Part shown: positions 21,674 to 32,012 of the stretch, piece after piece
Layout: each line of letters begins with the position of its first letter
How positions within the stretch are numbered: the stretch's first letter is position 1
Source of the DNA: Rhodanobacter sp.
Lineage (GTDB): Bacteria > Pseudomonadota > Gammaproteobacteria > Xanthomonadales > Rhodanobacteraceae
DNA length: 64,000 nucleotides
Assembly: GCA_039926605.1 (NCBI GenBank)
Contig: JBDSWR010000038.1
Span: 21,186 to 85,185, forward strand
Reading direction: 5' to 3'
The notes under the pieces: model-generated
Seen by the model: only the letters and a program-made list of their open reading frames with translations
What the model was told of the DNA's origin: nothing
The model's database searches: none
Program-made: the position numbers and the translations under genes

Positions 21674-23911
21674 ATGACCAACCAAATTCAATCCGTTCGG
21701 GGCCGTGTTATGCGCCATGTGAGCCGCACCATGTTGCTGGGGTTGCTGTTGCTTGGCGCCACGTGGGCCAGTTCGGCTGCAGCGGCTACGAGCACGCTGA
21801 AGAACATCACTTTCGATCCATTGCCCGGCGGCGCTGTCGAGCTGCACATGGACTTCGCGAACGGCCCGGTGCCGCAACCGCGCATCTTCACCACGGAGAA
21901 TCCGGCGCGCATCGCGGTTGATTTCGCGGATACGGACAACACCGCCGCGCGCCATCTGGTAGTCGGCCAGGGGTCGACTTCCGGCGTTTCCGCCGTGGCG
22001 GCCGGTGGCCGCACGCGGGTGGTGGTCGAGCTGATGCGCGAATCGACGTATCGCTCCCGCGTGCAGGGCAATCAGTTGATCCTCACGATCAACAACGGCA
22101 CCGCTCGCCAGGCGGTTACCACAGCAGCCACGATCGATCCCAGCAAGGCCTTGCCATCGGCCACGAGCGGTCCGGCGATCTCCAACATTGATTTTCGCCG
22201 TGGTCCCAACGGCGAAGGTCGGGTGCTGATCAACTTCAGTGGTGCCGGTGCGGACGCGGACATGCGCCACAGCGGCGACAAGGTCGTTGTCGATATCGCC
22301 CATGCCAATCTGCCAGCAAATCTGGCGCAGCGTCTGGATACGCTCGACTTTGCCACGCCGGTGCAATCCATCGTGACGCGTGCGGGTGTTGGCGGCGGGG
22401 CGCACATGGAGATTGCGGTCAAGGGCGCGGTGGAGACGTCTGCGTATCAGACCGCGAATCAATACGTGATCGAGGTTGCTCCGAAGAAGGCGGCTGCAGT
22501 TGCCGGCAACGCCGTCAAGGCCGGCCAGGAGCCGAACTACAACGGCAAGCGCGTCACTTTCAACTTCCAGGATATCCCGGTGCGTTCCGCGTTGCAGTTG
22601 GTCGCCGATATCTCCGGGCTGAATCTCGTGGCATCTGACAGCGTGAGCGGCAGCGTCACCTTGCGTCTGGTCAACGTGCCGTGGGATCAGGCGCTGGACG
22701 TGATCCTGCGTGCGAAGAGTCTGGACAAGCGGCGCAGTGGCAACGTCATCTGGATCGCACCACAAACTGAGCTTGCCAAGTACGAGCAGGACATCGCCGA
22801 TGCCAAGCTGAAGGCGCAAGACACCGCCGAGCTGGTGACCGAATACGTCCCGATCAGCTATGGCAAAGCCGAAGACATTGCCAAGCTGTTGACAACTGGC
22901 AGCCTGCAAGCCAATCAGACGGGCGGCGGTGCTACTCAAAACACCCAGCGAGGATTCCTTTCCACTCGCGGTAGCGTCGCGTTCGATGTACGTACGAATA
23001 CGCTGTTGCTCAACGATACGCCGGAGAAAATTACCCAGCTCAAGGCAGTGATTGCCGTGCTGGACAAGCCGGTGCAGCAGGTGCTGATTGAATCGCGGAT
23101 CGTGGTAGCGACCGATGATTTCACCCGCGAACTTGGAGTGAAGTGGGGCGTGCAGGCCAATCACACCACGGACAGCGGCAACGTCATCAGCACGGCGCCG
23201 GGAGCCACCGGCGCGGCCGGCTTGGCCATCGAGCGCGGCAACAACAACATCGGCGCAAGCAATGCTTCCGGCGTGACCACGTTCCAGACCGGATCGGGCG
23301 GCTTCAACGTCAATTTGCCAGTTACCACGCCTGCAGGTCAGCTTGGCCTGGCGATTCTGGGCAGGAACTACCTGGTCGATCTGGAGTTGTCCGCAGCGCA
23401 GACCGAGGGTCGCGGTGAGGTTATCTCGAGCCCACGCGTCATTACCGCCAATCAGCAAGAGGCGGTCATTCGCCAAGGCCAGGAAATTGGCTACGTCACG
23501 TTCCAGAACTCGGGTGGTCAGGGTGTGGGTAGTGGCACCGCGACCGTACAGTTCAAGGATGCGGTACTTGAGCTCAAGGTGACGCCGACCATCACGGCCG
23601 ACAATCGTGTCTACCTCATGATCAACGTCAAGAAGGATGCGCTGGCGGGTTACGTGGATGCACCCGGAAGCGGCAAGATCCCGACCATCGACACGCGTGA
23701 GATCAATACTTCGGTGCTGGTCGACAATGGACAGACAGTGGTGCTGGGCGGTATCTATGAGGTCAACAAGAACAATACGACCACCAAGGTGCCGGGCTTG
23801 GGTGACATTCCGGGTATCGGTGCACTGTTCCGCCAGACCACGCGCAACGACACCAAGGCTGAGCTGCTGATTTTCGTGACGCCGCGTATCCTCAGCGACT
23901 CCGTGCAGTAA
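21674..23911 (+). CDS. pilQ: Type IV pilus secretin PilQ
   Basis: AMIN-like N-terminal repeats, then the secretin core (VLIESRIVVA..., GLGDIPGIGALFR). Confidence 0.95.
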   Translation: MTNQIQSVRGRVMRHVSRTMLLGLLLLGATWASSAAAATSTLKNITFDPLPGGAVELHMDFANGPVPQPRIFTTENPARIAVDFADTDNTAARHLVVGQGSTSGVSAVAAGGRTRVVVELMRESTYRSRVQGNQLILTINNGTARQAVTTAATIDPSKALPSATSGPAISNIDFRRGPNGEGRVLINFSGAGADADMRHSGDKVVVDIAHANLPANLAQRLDTLDFATPVQSIVTRAGVGGGAHMEIAVKGAVETSAYQTANQYVIEVAPKKAAAVAGNAVKAGQEPNYNGKRVTFNFQDIPVRSALQLVADISGLNLVASDSVSGSVTLRLVNVPWDQALDVILRAKSLDKRRSGNVIWIAPQTELAKYEQDIADAKLKAQDTAELVTEYVPISYGKAEDIAKLLTTGSLQANQTGGGATQNTQRGFLSTRGSVAFDVRTNTLLLNDTPEKITQLKAVIAVLDKPVQQVLIESRIVVATDDFTRELGVKWGVQANHTTDSGNVISTAPGATGAAGLAIERGNNNIGASNASGVTTFQTGSGGFNVNLPVTTPAGQLGLAILGRNYLVDLELSAAQTEGRGEVISSPRVITANQQEAVIRQGQEIGYVTFQNSGGQGVGSGTATVQFKDAVLELKVTPTITADNRVYLMINVKKDALAGYVDAPGSGKIPTIDTREINTSVLVDNGQTVVLGGIYEVNKNNTTTKVPGLGDIPGIGALFRQTTRNDTKAELLIFVTPRILSDSVQ

Positions 23912-23926
23912 CGCGACCCACGATCA

Positions 23927-23956
23927 GAAAAAGACGGCCTCGGCCGTCTTTTTTTT
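23927..23956 (+). terminator. Intrinsic terminator after pilQ
   Basis: AAGACGGCC tc GGCCGTCTT followed by TTTTTTTT. Confidence 0.85.
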
Positions 23957-24042
23957 GGCTCGTCGAGCGGTCGGTGCTGGACAGTTGATTAAACTTCCGG
24001 CGTCCGCCACGGTCTGTAAAAGGTCCTTGCACCGTTGCACCG

Positions 24043-25089
24043 ATGTCGGACGACGTTTCCCACTTCCTCATCACGTCGAGAATTCGCTTGATCATGGATA
24101 TGCCCGAACAACCCGCGTTGACACGTTTGCAGACAGATTTCGCACGGCTGCGCGACAATTTGCAACGTTGCATCATTGGCCAGCCGCGCCTGATCGATTG
24201 CCTGCTGATTGCGCTGCTCGCGGATGGCCACTTGCTCGTGGAAGGTGCGCCGGGGCTGGCCAAGACCACCGCCGTCAAGGCGCTGGCTGCGCGCATTGAC
24301 GCAGATTTCCATCGGGTGCAGTTCACCCCCGATTTGCTGCCCGCCGATCTCACCGGCACCGATGTGTTTCGTCCACAGACCGGCAGCTTCGAGTTTCAGC
24401 GTGGCCCGCTGTTCCACAACATCGTGCTTGCCGACGAGATCAACCGCGCTCCCGCCAAAGTGCAATCTGCCCTGCTCGAGGCCATGGGTGAGCAGCAGAT
24501 CACCGTAGGGCAAAGTACGTGGTCGCTGCCGCGACTGTTCATGGTCATGGCCACACAGAACCCGATCGAGCACGAAGGCACCTTTGCGCTGCCTGAGGCG
24601 CAACTTGATCGCTTCTTGATGCACGTGACCATCGGCTACCCGGATGCGGTGGCCGAGTTGGCCATCCTCAAGCTGGCGCGCGAGCAGGCCGGCGCGCGTG
24701 CACATCCGCAACCCGCGCCAGCACCGCTGTTGAGCCAGGACGACGTGTTTTGCGCGCGCCAGGCGGCAATGGCAATTCATATGTCGCCTGCGCTGGAGGA
24801 ATACCTGACTCAGTTGGTGCTGGCTACACGAGATGCCGGACGCTATGGATCGGAACTCAAGCGCTGGATCGCCTGGGGCGGCAGCCCACGCGCAACCATC
24901 GCGCTCGATCGCTGCGCCCGCGCTGCGGCGTGGCTGGCAGGGCGCGATTATGTGCTGCCCGAGGACGTGCACGCCATTGCGCATGAGGTACTGCGACATC
25001 GCGTCTTGCTCAGCTACGAGGCGGAGGCGGACGGGATAAAGCCGGATCAGGTGATCGACCGTCTGCTGGATCTCGTACCGCTGCCGTGA
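24043..25089 (+). CDS. MoxR-family AAA+ ATPase
   Basis: IIGQPRLIDCLLIALLADGHLLVEGAPGLAKT and VLADEINRAPAKVQSALLEAM. The start is uncertain (ATG at 24043, 24094 or 24100). Confidence 0.9.
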   Translation: MSDDVSHFLITSRIRLIMDMPEQPALTRLQTDFARLRDNLQRCIIGQPRLIDCLLIALLADGHLLVEGAPGLAKTTAVKALAARIDADFHRVQFTPDLLPADLTGTDVFRPQTGSFEFQRGPLFHNIVLADEINRAPAKVQSALLEAMGEQQITVGQSTWSLPRLFMVMATQNPIEHEGTFALPEAQLDRFLMHVTIGYPDAVAELAILKLAREQAGARAHPQPAPAPLLSQDDVFCARQAAMAIHMSPALEEYLTQLVLATRDAGRYGSELKRWIAWGGSPRATIALDRCARAAAWLAGRDYVLPEDVHAIAHEVLRHRVLLSYEAEADGIKPDQVIDRLLDLVPLP

Positions 25090-26024
25090 ACGCAATGCTC
25101 GACCCACCGGAGGCTGGTGATGATCGCACCGCGGTCTCGCTGCGGGCGTTGATCGCCTTGCGCGAGCGGATCGGGCGCGTGCGGTTACCGCCGCTGGTCA
25201 GCCGTGCTGCGGCTGCGGGTCGGGAGTCCAGCCGTCTGTACGGACGAGGGATGGATTATGCTGAATCGCGTGCGTACCAAGCCGGCGACGATGTACGCCG
25301 GCTGGATTGGCGCCTCACCGCGCGCAGTGGAAAGCTGCATACCAAACTGTTTCAGGAAGATCGCGAAGGCAGCGTGCTGATCGTGCTGGATACCCACGCC
25401 AGCATGCGTTTCGGTACACGCAGCCGCTTCAAGTCGGTACAGGCGGCACACGCGGCGGCCGCCGTGGCCTGGTGTGCGGTGAGTGCTGGTGAGCGCGTCG
25501 GTATCGTCGGCTTTGGTCCGGTAAGTCGCATGCTGCGACCGCAAGCTGGGGTACGTGGTGCGCTGGCCGTGTGCGGCGCACTGGCGCAGTGGGATATGTT
25601 GCCGTCAAACACCGAAACCGAGCCGCTATCGGCAGTGCTGTTGCGCGCACGGCGTCTGCTGCATGGTGCCAGCCGCATCGTCCTGATCAGTGATGGTTTC
25701 AGTTGCGACACGGCGGCGCGGGCGCCGCTGCGCGAATTGGCGCAACGTGCCGCGGTGAGCGTGCTCCTGGTAGCCGATCGGTTGGAGTTGGAGTTGCCGC
25801 CGCCAGGCAGCTATCCACTGCAATACTACGGCAGGCGGGAGCTTGCGGTATTGCAATCCGAGCGCCAACGACAGGACTTTCTGCGCGTGTTGGGGGCGGG
25901 CGCCGCCCGTCTGCGCGAGATGGCCCGAGCGCTGCACTTGCGCTGCGTGCAAGTGCATACAGCGGGCGACGCGTGCACCGCGTGCGTACAACTGCTCGGC
26001 CGCGGACGGGTGGTGCCCACATGA
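25086..26024 (+). CDS. DUF58-family protein (MoxR partner)
   Basis: DYAESRAYQAGDDVRRLDWRLTARSGKLHTKLFQEDRE is the DUF58 signature. GTGA overlap with the moxR stop. Confidence 0.85.
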   Translation: MNAMLDPPEAGDDRTAVSLRALIALRERIGRVRLPPLVSRAAAAGRESSRLYGRGMDYAESRAYQAGDDVRRLDWRLTARSGKLHTKLFQEDREGSVLIVLDTHASMRFGTRSRFKSVQAAHAAAAVAWCAVSAGERVGIVGFGPVSRMLRPQAGVRGALAVCGALAQWDMLPSNTETEPLSAVLLRARRLLHGASRIVLISDGFSCDTAARAPLRELAQRAAVSVLLVADRLELELPPPGSYPLQYYGRRELAVLQSERQRQDFLRVLGAGAARLREMARALHLRCVQVHTAGDACTACVQLLGRGRVVPT

Positions 26025-26551
26025 TGTCGAGCGTGGCGAGTGCACCGCCAGTTGGCGCCACGCAGGGTCCAACCCTGCGCGATATTCATTTGCCTGCAGA
26101 ACCATCGTGGTGGCCGCCGGCACCGGGCTGGTGGTTGCTGGCCGTGCTTGCACTCGTGCTGCTGGGTAGTGCGCTGTGGTGCTGGCGACGCTGGCGCCAC
26201 GCCGCCCGCGAACGGCAGCGCGTACTCATTGAGGTGGAGCAGTTGCGCAGGCGCCATCAACGTGATGGCGACGACGCTCAACTCGCCGGTGATCTGCATC
26301 AACTGCTGCGTCGCGTGGCGCGCCTGCAGGACCCGTTGGTCACGCAACAGCAGGGCGCCGCATGGCAGGCGACGCTGGCCCGGGTTCCGGTGGATGCAGC
26401 CACGTTGCAGCACCTGGTCGCCCTGGAGCACACGATGTATCGCGCCGACGCGGGATTTGATCCGGCACGCACGCTGACAGCCGTTGAAGTGTGGTTGCGT
26501 CTGGCGCTGCATCGGCGCAAGTGGAAGCCGGTGGAGGCCACCCATGCCTGA
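26021..26551 (+). CDS. DUF4381-like small membrane protein
   Basis: The IHLPAEPSWWPPAPGWWLL motif plus one TM helix, typical of the third gene of Bat operons. ATGA overlap with the DUF58 stop. The upstream part of ORF 25703..26551 lies inside the DUF58 gene. Confidence 0.7.
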   Translation: MMSSVASAPPVGATQGPTLRDIHLPAEPSWWPPAPGWWLLAVLALVLLGSALWCWRRWRHAARERQRVLIEVEQLRRRHQRDGDDAQLAGDLHQLLRRVARLQDPLVTQQQGAAWQATLARVPVDAATLQHLVALEHTMYRADAGFDPARTLTAVEVWLRLALHRRKWKPVEATHA

Positions 26552-27530
26552 GTTTGCGTGGCCGTGGGTTGCCGTGCTGTTGCCGCTGCCGTGGTTGCTG
26601 CGTCGCTGGCTGCCGCCAGCCGCGCCGGGTCAGGCGCTGCATCTGCCGCAACCGGGTTTGGCACTCTCGACAGGGTCCGGCACCCGTTCGCGCGACAGCA
26701 TGTTGTGGGTGTTGATAGTGGCGTGGTTGTGCCTGCTCGTTGCGGCAGCCCGGCCGCAGTGGATCGGGCCACCTCAGGCGCAGCAGCGCAGCGGTCGCGC
26801 CCTGATGCTTGCGGTCGACTTGTCCGGCAGCATGCAGACTGCGGATATGGAATTGGCGGGACGGAGCATCGATCGCTTTGGCGCAGTCGAGGCCATTGCC
26901 GGCGACTTCATCAGTCGCCGCGACGGTGATGAGCTGGGGTTGATCCTGTTTGGCAGTCGCGCCTTTCTGGTTACACCTCTGACCTACGATCTCTCTGCTG
27001 TACGCGCCCAGCTTGATGGAGCCGTGGTTGGCCTGGCTGGGACCGAAACGGCGATTGGCGATGCGATTGCTGTGGCGGTGAAACGTCTGGCCGCGCTGCC
27101 GCAACAAGCACGCGTACTTGTGCTGCTGACGGACGGTGTCAACAACGCTGGCAGCATTGCGCCGCGTGATGCTGCGCGTGCCGCTGCGGCTGCGGGCGTA
27201 CGCATCTACACGATCGGTATCGGTGCGACGCGCATGCGCGTGCCAGGATTTTTCGGTGGCCAGGTGGTCAATCCGTCCGCCGATCTGGATGCGGCCATGT
27301 TGAAAAGCATTGCGAATGAAACGGGAGGTCGCTTTTTCCGTGCCACCGACAGCGCGGAACTGGCTGATGCGTATCGTGCAATCGACGCCCTGGAGCCGAT
27401 GCCGCAGCGCGCGCCAAGCTTGCGGCCGCGGCATGAGCTGTTTCGCTGGCCGCTGCTGGTCGCTGCGCTCGCCTTGATGCTGGCCATCTTGCAACGACAG
27501 TTTGCATTGCATGGACGGAGTCGGACGTGA
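26544..27530 (+). CDS. batA: vWA-domain protein BatA
   Basis: N-terminal TM pair and a vWA/MIDAS motif (AVDLSGSM...). 8-nt overlap with the preceding gene. Confidence 0.85.
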   Translation: MPEFAWPWVAVLLPLPWLLRRWLPPAAPGQALHLPQPGLALSTGSGTRSRDSMLWVLIVAWLCLLVAAARPQWIGPPQAQQRSGRALMLAVDLSGSMQTADMELAGRSIDRFGAVEAIAGDFISRRDGDELGLILFGSRAFLVTPLTYDLSAVRAQLDGAVVGLAGTETAIGDAIAVAVKRLAALPQQARVLVLLTDGVNNAGSIAPRDAARAAAAAGVRIYTIGIGATRMRVPGFFGGQVVNPSADLDAAMLKSIANETGGRFFRATDSAELADAYRAIDALEPMPQRAPSLRPRHELFRWPLLVAALALMLAILQRQFALHGRSRT

Positions 27531-29506
27531 GCGCCGGCATGCAGCAATTCCACTTTCTGCAGCCGTGGTGGTTGCTGGCTCTGTGCGTGCTGCCCCTGGC
27601 GTGGTGGATCGGTACCCGGCGCACCGCCGCGAGTGCTGCCTTGACGCGGCTGGTCGACCCTGCGCTATTGCCGCATTTGCTGCGTGGTGAGCGGTCGAAC
27701 CGGTCACTGCCGACATGGCTGTTTTTGGCCGCCTGGACGCTTGCCACGGTGGCCTTGGCAGGACCTGCCTGGAATCGGCAGGCGCAGCCGCTGTATGCCG
27801 AGCGTACGGCACAAGTCGTGGCGATCTCGCTTTCTCAGCACATGCTGGCGCGTGACGTGGCACCGAGCCGGATCGATCGTGCGCGCTTCAAGGCGCGTGA
27901 ACTGCTGACTGCCAATCACGATGGCTTGAATGCCTTGATCGCCTATGCGGGCGAAGCCTTTGTGGTTGCACCGTTGACGTCCGACGCCCACAGTTTGAAT
28001 GATCTGCTTGCCGCGCTCGCGCCGAATACGATGCCGGTGGATGGCAACGACGCGGCGTCCGCGATCCAGCGAGCCGTGTCGTTGGTGCGCGATGGCAAGG
28101 CAGATGCTGCGTCGCTGGTATTGATCACCGATCAAGCTGATGCCGCCGCAGTCACCGCGGCGGCGAAGGCCCGGACTGCGGGTTTGCGCGTATCGGTGCT
28201 CGGCGTGGGCACGCCGCATGGCGGTCCGGTGCCGGAGGCCGATGGTGGACTACTGCACGATGCGCAGGGCAATCTGGTGCTCCCCGGTCGCGATGACGCC
28301 GAGCTTGCGGCGGTGGCGGCTGCCGGCGGTGGGCGCTATGTGGCGATGAGCTCGGATCACAGTGATATTGACGTGCTGCACGCGCAACTGCGCAATGGCA
28401 CGAGCACGCCTTCGTCCACCCACGTTGGCGATACGTGGCAGGATCGCGGACCGTGGTTGCTGTTGCCGTTGTTGCTGCTGGTCGCATTGGCATTTCGTCG
28501 TGGCTGGCTGTGCCTGCTTGCACTGGTATTGCTGCCAGTAATGCCTGGCACCGCCCACGCCGGAACCTGGAGCGACTTGTGGCAGCGCCGCGATCAACAA
28601 GCCGTTTCAGCGCTGCATCGCGGTGATGCCAAGCGCGCCCAACAGCTCGCGCGCGATCCCGCGTGGCGTGGCGCCACGGCTTATCGCGCCGGCGATTTCA
28701 CTGCGGCAGCACGGGCACTGGAGCGCGTGCCTGGCGCCACTGCCGCATACAACCTTGGCAATGCCCTGGCGCGGCAAGGCAAGTATCCCGAAGCCATCAG
28801 TGCGTACGACCATGCATTGAAGCTCGATCCTGCGCTGGCCGACGCGCAGGCCAATCGCAAAAGCGTGGAAGACTGGCTGCGGCAGCACAAGCCGCCACCG
28901 CAGAAGCCGGGACAAGCGCAAGATCAGCAGTCGCAACAGCACGAGGGCCAGGACCAGCAAGCACCAGGTCAGCAAGCGCAGGGATCACAGCAGCCAGGTC
29001 AGCAAGCACCAAAGGAATCGCAGTCGGCAGGGTCGGGTGACGGCGCGGACAAACCCACTGCCAGTGCCGACGGACAGGGCGAGAAACAGCAAGCCGGTGC
29101 GGGCGCTCACAATCCACAGCCGCCGACCACGGCCGATCAGCCGCAGGGCGCTGCGAGCACAGCATCACCGTTGACACCCAAGTCGGAAGGTGATGCGGAC
29201 AATGCGCAGCCTCCCGCGCCAACGCCGCAACAGCAAGCCGCGCAGCGCGCCAGGGCTGCGCAGGCACAGCAGGCGTTGCGGGAACAGATGGACCAGGCGC
29301 TGGCGGGAAAACCGTCGACACAGGCGCCGGCCACACACGAGCTCGGCAGCGCCGCTGCAGATGATCCAGAATCGAAATTGCCTGCCGACGTGCGTCGTGC
29401 CCTGCAAAGCGTGCCGGATGACCCGGGGGCGTTGTTGCGGCGCAAATTCGAGCTGGAGTATCAGCGGCGGCACGGCGGGGTACCGAGTGCACAGGAGCAA
29501 CCATGA
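27527..29506 (+). CDS. vWA + TPR fusion protein (BatB/BatC-like) with a Gln/Pro-rich linker
   Basis: FHFLQPWWLL N-terminus, a vWA region, two TM helices, TPR repeats (AYNLGNALARQGKYPEAISAYDHALKLDP), a low-complexity region and a conserved C-terminus. GTGA overlap with batA. Confidence 0.8.
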   Translation: MSAGMQQFHFLQPWWLLALCVLPLAWWIGTRRTAASAALTRLVDPALLPHLLRGERSNRSLPTWLFLAAWTLATVALAGPAWNRQAQPLYAERTAQVVAISLSQHMLARDVAPSRIDRARFKARELLTANHDGLNALIAYAGEAFVVAPLTSDAHSLNDLLAALAPNTMPVDGNDAASAIQRAVSLVRDGKADAASLVLITDQADAAAVTAAAKARTAGLRVSVLGVGTPHGGPVPEADGGLLHDAQGNLVLPGRDDAELAAVAAAGGGRYVAMSSDHSDIDVLHAQLRNGTSTPSSTHVGDTWQDRGPWLLLPLLLLVALAFRRGWLCLLALVLLPVMPGTAHAGTWSDLWQRRDQQAVSALHRGDAKRAQQLARDPAWRGATAYRAGDFTAAARALERVPGATAAYNLGNALARQGKYPEAISAYDHALKLDPALADAQANRKSVEDWLRQHKPPPQKPGQAQDQQSQQHEGQDQQAPGQQAQGSQQPGQQAPKESQSAGSGDGADKPTASADGQGEKQQAGAGAHNPQPPTTADQPQGAASTASPLTPKSEGDADNAQPPAPTPQQQAAQRARAAQAQQALREQMDQALAGKPSTQAPATHELGSAAADDPESKLPADVRRALQSVPDDPGALLRRKFELEYQRRHGGVPSAQEQP

Positions 29507-31230
29507 TGCGTGGTTCGAGATTCGCGGGGTGGTGTCTGGTGTTGCTGTTGTGGTCGCTTGCAGCCCATGCGCTGGATGTCCAGGCCACGCTGGATCGAAG
29601 CACGGTGCAACTGGGTGAAACGGTCACCTTGAACGTGCGCGTTGGAGGCGCGACAAGTAACGTCGATGCCCCTGATTTGAGTGTGCTGAGCCAGGACTTC
29701 GATGTGCTTGGCAGCTCGCAGAATCGCAGCGTGAGCATCGTCAATGGCGTGCGCCATGCCGAGCTGACGTTCGGCGTCGCTTTGCGTCCAACGCACGCGG
29801 GCACGTTGCAGATTCCCGCGTTGCCGGTTGCCGGTGAACATACCGCGCCGCTGCAACTTCAGGTGACCGCGCCCAGTGCCGCGAGCGATACGACCACCAT
29901 TGCGCCGAATCAGGACGTGTTTCTCGAGGCGCAGGTTGATCCAACGCACGCCTACGTCGGCCAACAACTGAGTTACGTTGTTCGCCTGTATTATGCAGTG
30001 AACCTGGGCGGTACGCTGCAAACGCCGCAAATCGATGGCGTGCAGACCCAGCAGGTGGGCGACGACGTAAAGTACGTAACCCAGCGTGACGGGCGATCCT
30101 GGCGTGTTCTGGAGCGACGCTTTGCGCTGACCCCGCAGCATGCAGGGCCACTGGTGATTCCGGCGCTGACCTTTCAGGGTGAGATAGCCGACCCGAATGA
30201 CTTGAACAGCTTCTTCGGTGGCAGTGCTCCAGTAAGCGCACGCGCGCCAGCGCTCACGGTCAACGTGCGCGCCGAGCCGGATACTGCCGACAAGAGTGCC
30301 TGGCTGCCGGCGCGGGAATTGACGCTGACGCTCGAGGGCCTGCCCGCTGCGCAGACGTCCGTGCGCGTCGGCCAGGCAGTCAATCTGAGCATGACGATGC
30401 AAGCGACCGGATTGGCGGCCGACGCGCTGCCAGCGCTCAGCCTGCCATCCCTCGATGGGGCCACGGTCTATCCGGACAAGGCGGTCAGCACCACCGGTAA
30501 CGATGGCCCGTGGCTGCTCGGGCGCCAGCAGCGCAAGTTCGCTGTGGTGCCGGAACGTGCGGGCACGCTCACAATTCCGGCGACCAGCGTGACGTGGTGG
30601 AATGTGCTGGCCGACAAGCAGGAGGTCGCGCAGATACCGGCGCGGCAGTTCACGGTATTGCCCGCGCCTGGCGTTGCTGGTGGCACACCCGTGCAGCCGG
30701 CAGTGGTGGCTGCGGCGAGCAGCGCGGGTGCGCCGTTGCCGACCGCTCCCATCCAGGTTGTGCCGTGGCGCTGGGTGGCACTTGGCAGCCTCGGCTTGTG
30801 GCTGGTCAGTGTCCTGGTCTGGTGGTATTGGCGCAGACGGCGCGCGACGCCGATCCAGCCACCTCCTGACGCGGCGGGTGAGCCTGCTTCAGCGCGCGAA
30901 TGTCAGCGTGCGTTCCTCGCCGCCGCACGTGGTACCGATGTCACTGCGCAAACGCGCACTTTGCTGGCGTGGGCACGCGCGGAGCGGCCATCGATCCAGC
31001 ATCTGGGCGAACTCGCAGCGGCGTTGGCCGATGCGCAGCAGTGCACGGCAGTCGCGGATTTGCAACGCCGACGTTATGGCGGCGCGAACCCACCGACGAG
31101 TACCGTCGGGCTCGGCGACGTCTTCAAGCGTGGCTTGATGTGGCGCCAGAATGGTCCTTCCACGGTTCAGTCCAGCGTGCCACCGCTGTATCCGTTCAAA
31201 CTGCATCCCGACCAGGAGCGTGGGCGGTAG
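29503..31230 (+). CDS. batD: BatD-like (oxygen tolerance family) protein
   Basis: Signal peptide, repeated beta-rich modules (LDRSTVQLGETVTLNVRV) and a C-proximal TM helix (WVALGSLGLWLVSVLVWWYW). ATGA overlap with the preceding gene. Confidence 0.8.
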   Translation: MMRGSRFAGWCLVLLLWSLAAHALDVQATLDRSTVQLGETVTLNVRVGGATSNVDAPDLSVLSQDFDVLGSSQNRSVSIVNGVRHAELTFGVALRPTHAGTLQIPALPVAGEHTAPLQLQVTAPSAASDTTTIAPNQDVFLEAQVDPTHAYVGQQLSYVVRLYYAVNLGGTLQTPQIDGVQTQQVGDDVKYVTQRDGRSWRVLERRFALTPQHAGPLVIPALTFQGEIADPNDLNSFFGGSAPVSARAPALTVNVRAEPDTADKSAWLPARELTLTLEGLPAAQTSVRVGQAVNLSMTMQATGLAADALPALSLPSLDGATVYPDKAVSTTGNDGPWLLGRQQRKFAVVPERAGTLTIPATSVTWWNVLADKQEVAQIPARQFTVLPAPGVAGGTPVQPAVVAAASSAGAPLPTAPIQVVPWRWVALGSLGLWLVSVLVWWYWRRRRATPIQPPPDAAGEPASARECQRAFLAAARGTDVTAQTRTLLAWARAERPSIQHLGELAAALADAQQCTAVADLQRRRYGGANPPTSTVGLGDVFKRGLMWRQNGPSTVQSSVPPLYPFKLHPDQERGR

Positions 31231-31374
31231 AAACCGTCCGGGCTCCCAGGGTACGAACGCGTTCCCGTGAGGCCGGCAGACAGTGCCGGTCCGGCGCCGT
31301 CTGCCGGCCCGTCTGCCCTCCGTTGCGCGCAGTTGGCAGGGCGGCACTGCCCACCGCACCCTGCCGGAGGCATC

Positions 31375-31908
31375 TCAGCGCGAGTTGGAAGTCGTATTGA
31401 GCGCGCGTTCGGTCAGCGCGTGCATGACGCTGCTGAAACAGCACAACGTCACGTCGATGGTGTCGTCTTCTATCTGTGCTGCACGCAGCGTGGACACCGC
31501 GACGGCAGCCGCTGCCGCGGGTGGATAGCCGTACACACCGCAACTGATGGCCGGGAACGCGATGCTGTGCAGCGCATGTGCACGCAACAACTGCAAGGCG
31601 TTGCGATAGCACTGTGCGAGCAACGCGCCCTCATCATTCATGCCGCCGCGCCAGATCGGTCCGACGGTATGAATCACCCAGCGCGCGGGCAGCGCGAAAC
31701 CCGGCGTGATGCGCGCCTCACCCGTGGGGCAGCGCACGCCTGGCGCTACTTGCGGGAATGCCCGACAGGCGCGCAACAGTTCCGCCCCGGCAGCGCGATG
31801 GATAGCGCCATCCACTCCGCCGCCACCGAGCAGACTTTCGTTCGCCGCATTGACGATGGCGTCCACTTGCAGGGCGGTGATGTCGGCGGTGATGACGGAT
31901 ATGGGCAT
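31375..31908 (-). CDS. ymdB: Macro-domain protein (O-acetyl-ADP-ribose deacetylase, YmdB-like)
   Basis: [36 protein letters not shown] is the canonical macro-domain motif. Confidence 0.9.
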   Translation of the reverse strand: MPISVITADITALQVDAIVNAANESLLGGGGVDGAIHRAAGAELLRACRAFPQVAPGVRCPTGEARITPGFALPARWVIHTVGPIWRGGMNDEGALLAQCYRNALQLLRAHALHSIAFPAISCGVYGYPPAAAAAVAVSTLRAAQIEDDTIDVTLCCFSSVMHALTERALNTTSNSR

Positions 31909-32012
31909 GGTGAGGCTGCGGCTGGCGCCTTATCCTGCACGCGAGTGCGAGGAGGATGCAAACGGTCGTGGCTAAAGCGTAAAACGCGGCTTTCGGTTGT
32001 CTGCTGAACGAT

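Noticed and set aside
21659-23476. Other long antisense ORFs: 21659..23476, 26340..27863, 17162..18412, 35422..36579, 61001..62251, 54063..55076, 47560..48612 and 3172..4047.
   Set aside because: Each lies opposite a gene with clear family motifs (pilQ, batA/batB, mrcA, the adaptor, ppc, rimK, the SLC13 permease, and mlaE/mlaD for 3172..4047). Each has a low-complexity, Arg-rich translation.
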